From an uncultured virus (IMG/VR IMGVR_UViG_3300012346_000469) (lineage: Duplodnaviria > Heunggongvirae > Uroviricota > Caudoviricetes), in IMG/VR virus record IMGVR_UViG_3300012346_000469: 64,000 nt of DNA. The stretch is one strand, 5' to 3'. Below, piece after piece: positions 62,630 to 64,000 of this stretch. Every line of letters starts with the position of its first letter. Position 1 is the first letter of the stretch. Under the pieces are notes generated by a model, which ran no database searches, had not been told where the DNA came from, and saw nothing but the letters and a program-made list of their open reading frames with translations. A program made the position numbers and the translations under genes.

Positions 62630-62800
62630 TTACTCGGGGTCGTTCCAGATGTCCGGCGTCGCCCAGGCGAATAGGTGCTGCCACATGCTGATGCAGTCGC
62701 CACACTTCTCGTACATGAACTTGGCCAGCTCCAGTTGGTTTTTACGCTCCTGGAGCCACCACTCATGCGCCGTGTATGGTGGGTACTTGCGCATGCTCAT
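62630..62800 (-). CDS. 56-aa hypothetical protein (MSMRKYPPYTAHEWWLQE...)
   Basis: read by hand; ends just before the terminator. Confidence 0.5.
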   Translation of the reverse strand: MSMRKYPPYTAHEWWLQERKNQLELAKFMYEKCGDCISMWQHLFAWATPDIWNDPE

Positions 62801-63224
62801 CGCCCAGCTTCAATACGGCGTAGCCTGTTAACGTCTTCATCAGCATCAGTCCGTGGAAGCTCAGGTCTTCTGCTATTTGCTTCCATTCCGGCTCCCGAGC
62901 AGGTGCTGCGAGTTCTGCTTTCAACAAAGCGATGGTCATGGCTTGGTCTGCCGCAATTGCTTCCCAGTCCTCCACTGGCGAACTGGAAGTTTTTTCTTGG
63001 TTCGCCAATTGCTCCCTTTTAAGTTCGCCATAGTTCCACACGGCTTCGCTCAGCCAGCCTTCTGTTTTGGTCAGCCTTGCTTCCAAGTCCTTTGCCGCTT
63101 CTTGAGCTTGGAACAACGCGGACTCGAGCGTGCCGATGCGCTTGTTAATCCAGTCGAGTTCGAGCTTGGTCCACACCCATCCACCAACGAAGTCGGGATG
63201 ATCTTCTGGTTTGATATTGCTCAT
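62763..63224 (-). CDS. hypothetical phage protein (WEAIAADQAMTIALL motif)
   Basis: AAGGAG SD. Confidence 0.7.
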   Translation of the reverse strand: MSNIKPEDHPDFVGGWVWTKLELDWINKRIGTLESALFQAQEAAKDLEARLTKTEGWLSEAVWNYGELKREQLANQEKTSSSPVEDWEAIAADQAMTIALLKAELAAPAREPEWKQIAEDLSFHGLMLMKTLTGYAVLKLGDEHAQVPTIHGA

Positions 63225-63952
63225 GTGTTCTTCTCCTTGATTGCGGCCTCAATGGCACGGGCAAATGCCAAGGCCAAACGCTCGTCTTGTGGTCGCAATG
63301 TTTGGTTCGTTGCCGTTATGTATGCCGTGTAAATCTCTCCGTTCGTCAGTGGCACGGCTGGCTGTTTTGCAGGTTCTGGGTATGCGTAGAGAGGCAATGC
63401 ACGATGCTCGTTGGTAAAGTCTTCCGGGTTGTCGGTCACGCAGACAGACGTTCCATCAAGCGTGTAAACCATCCACGCCACAGGATTTTGCTTCGCTTGC
63501 TCGGCCAGCAACTCCGTCCTCCCAGTGCAGTACCCATTTAGGTAGTTTGTCTTTTGCTTCTCAGCCGCATCAGTGGCAGCATCTCGACGGCCCTTCGCCA
63601 TGCCGTCCATGTAGCCACGCTGGTATGCGGACTCGGACTGTTGCTGTGCGGGTGGGGTGGTGTCAAAATTGTTGCGCGGGTCAAGTCCGCCATCAGAAAC
63701 GATGTCGCTGTATTGCGCCACCTTCTCCTGCATAGGTGCTGGTTTGTAGATGGCCTCAAGGGGGATCGGTTTGGCCATCAGTTTTTCGCCATCCCACCAG
63801 ACTTTTGACACCTGTGTTCCGCCTGCTGGCTCATAGTCCAACCCCAACTCACGGGCATTCTCAGACATCTTGTTGAGGGCGCTTTCCACGGCCTGTTTGC
63901 GCATCTTGGACTCACGCTCGATGCGGTTGAACTCTTCGTCTTCGTCAGTCAT
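63221..63952 (-). CDS. mosaic hypothetical phage protein (PVAWM..PLY family)
   Basis: GGAGG SD; modular motifs typical of phage accessory genes. Confidence 0.7.
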   Translation of the reverse strand: MTDEDEEFNRIERESKMRKQAVESALNKMSENARELGLDYEPAGGTQVSKVWWDGEKLMAKPIPLEAIYKPAPMQEKVAQYSDIVSDGGLDPRNNFDTTPPAQQQSESAYQRGYMDGMAKGRRDAATDAAEKQKTNYLNGYCTGRTELLAEQAKQNPVAWMVYTLDGTSVCVTDNPEDFTNEHRALPLYAYPEPAKQPAVPLTNGEIYTAYITATNQTLRPQDERLALAFARAIEAAIKEKNT

Positions 63953-64000
63953 TCGTCGTCCTCCATTTCGGTAATTTGATCGTTCAAGATTTGCATCTTG

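Noticed and set aside
1..64000. Stop-codon reassignment
   Set aside because: Core genes are intact in the standard code, all three stops are used, and there is no suppressor tRNA

Overview
The window looks like most of the genome of a tailed dsDNA phage, probably a podovirus with a BPP-1/HTVC010P-like head module and most likely a Proteobacterial host. Minus-strand genes at both window edges look like one operon, which suggests a circularly permuted contig. Layout: a replication block (ParB-like protein, HNH, SF2 helicase, TOPRIM primase; 0.7-6.1 kb); a leftward array of small early genes (6.0-9.9 kb); TerS, a LexA-like DNA-binding gene, TerL, portal, GroES-like protein, scaffold and capsid (10.3-20.4 kb); small basic proteins sharing peptide motifs (21.4-24.6 kb, with a 368-N gap); tail, fibre and lysis genes; four large ejection-type proteins ending in a 2539-aa polyvalent protein (36-53 kb); a leftward recombination block (SSB, HNH, ERF, SPFH, Acb2/Tad1-like, PD-(D/E)XK nuclease); and an RNA-rich region at 60.6-62.0 kb. 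No integrase, DNA polymerase, reverse transcriptase or CRISPR array was seen. The most interesting unexplained signals are: (i) a promoter- and terminator-bounded sRNA antisense to the ribosome-binding sites of the phage's own early genes; (ii) a ~380-nt multi-stem, pseudoknotted RNA between a C4-like antisense RNA and an HNH gene; (iii) a hydrophobic-x-x-G-G motif and an ADGIAxxGKTxG motif shared by portal, small basic and ejection proteins; (iv) a 36-bp inverted repeat with an 18-bp palindrome bracketing the virion gene block; (v) an HNH insertion that splits the ssb start and leaves it with an ATT start codon; (vi) two RNA pseudoknots and a triplicated 17-mer. All protein family calls come from motif recognition by eye, without database searches.
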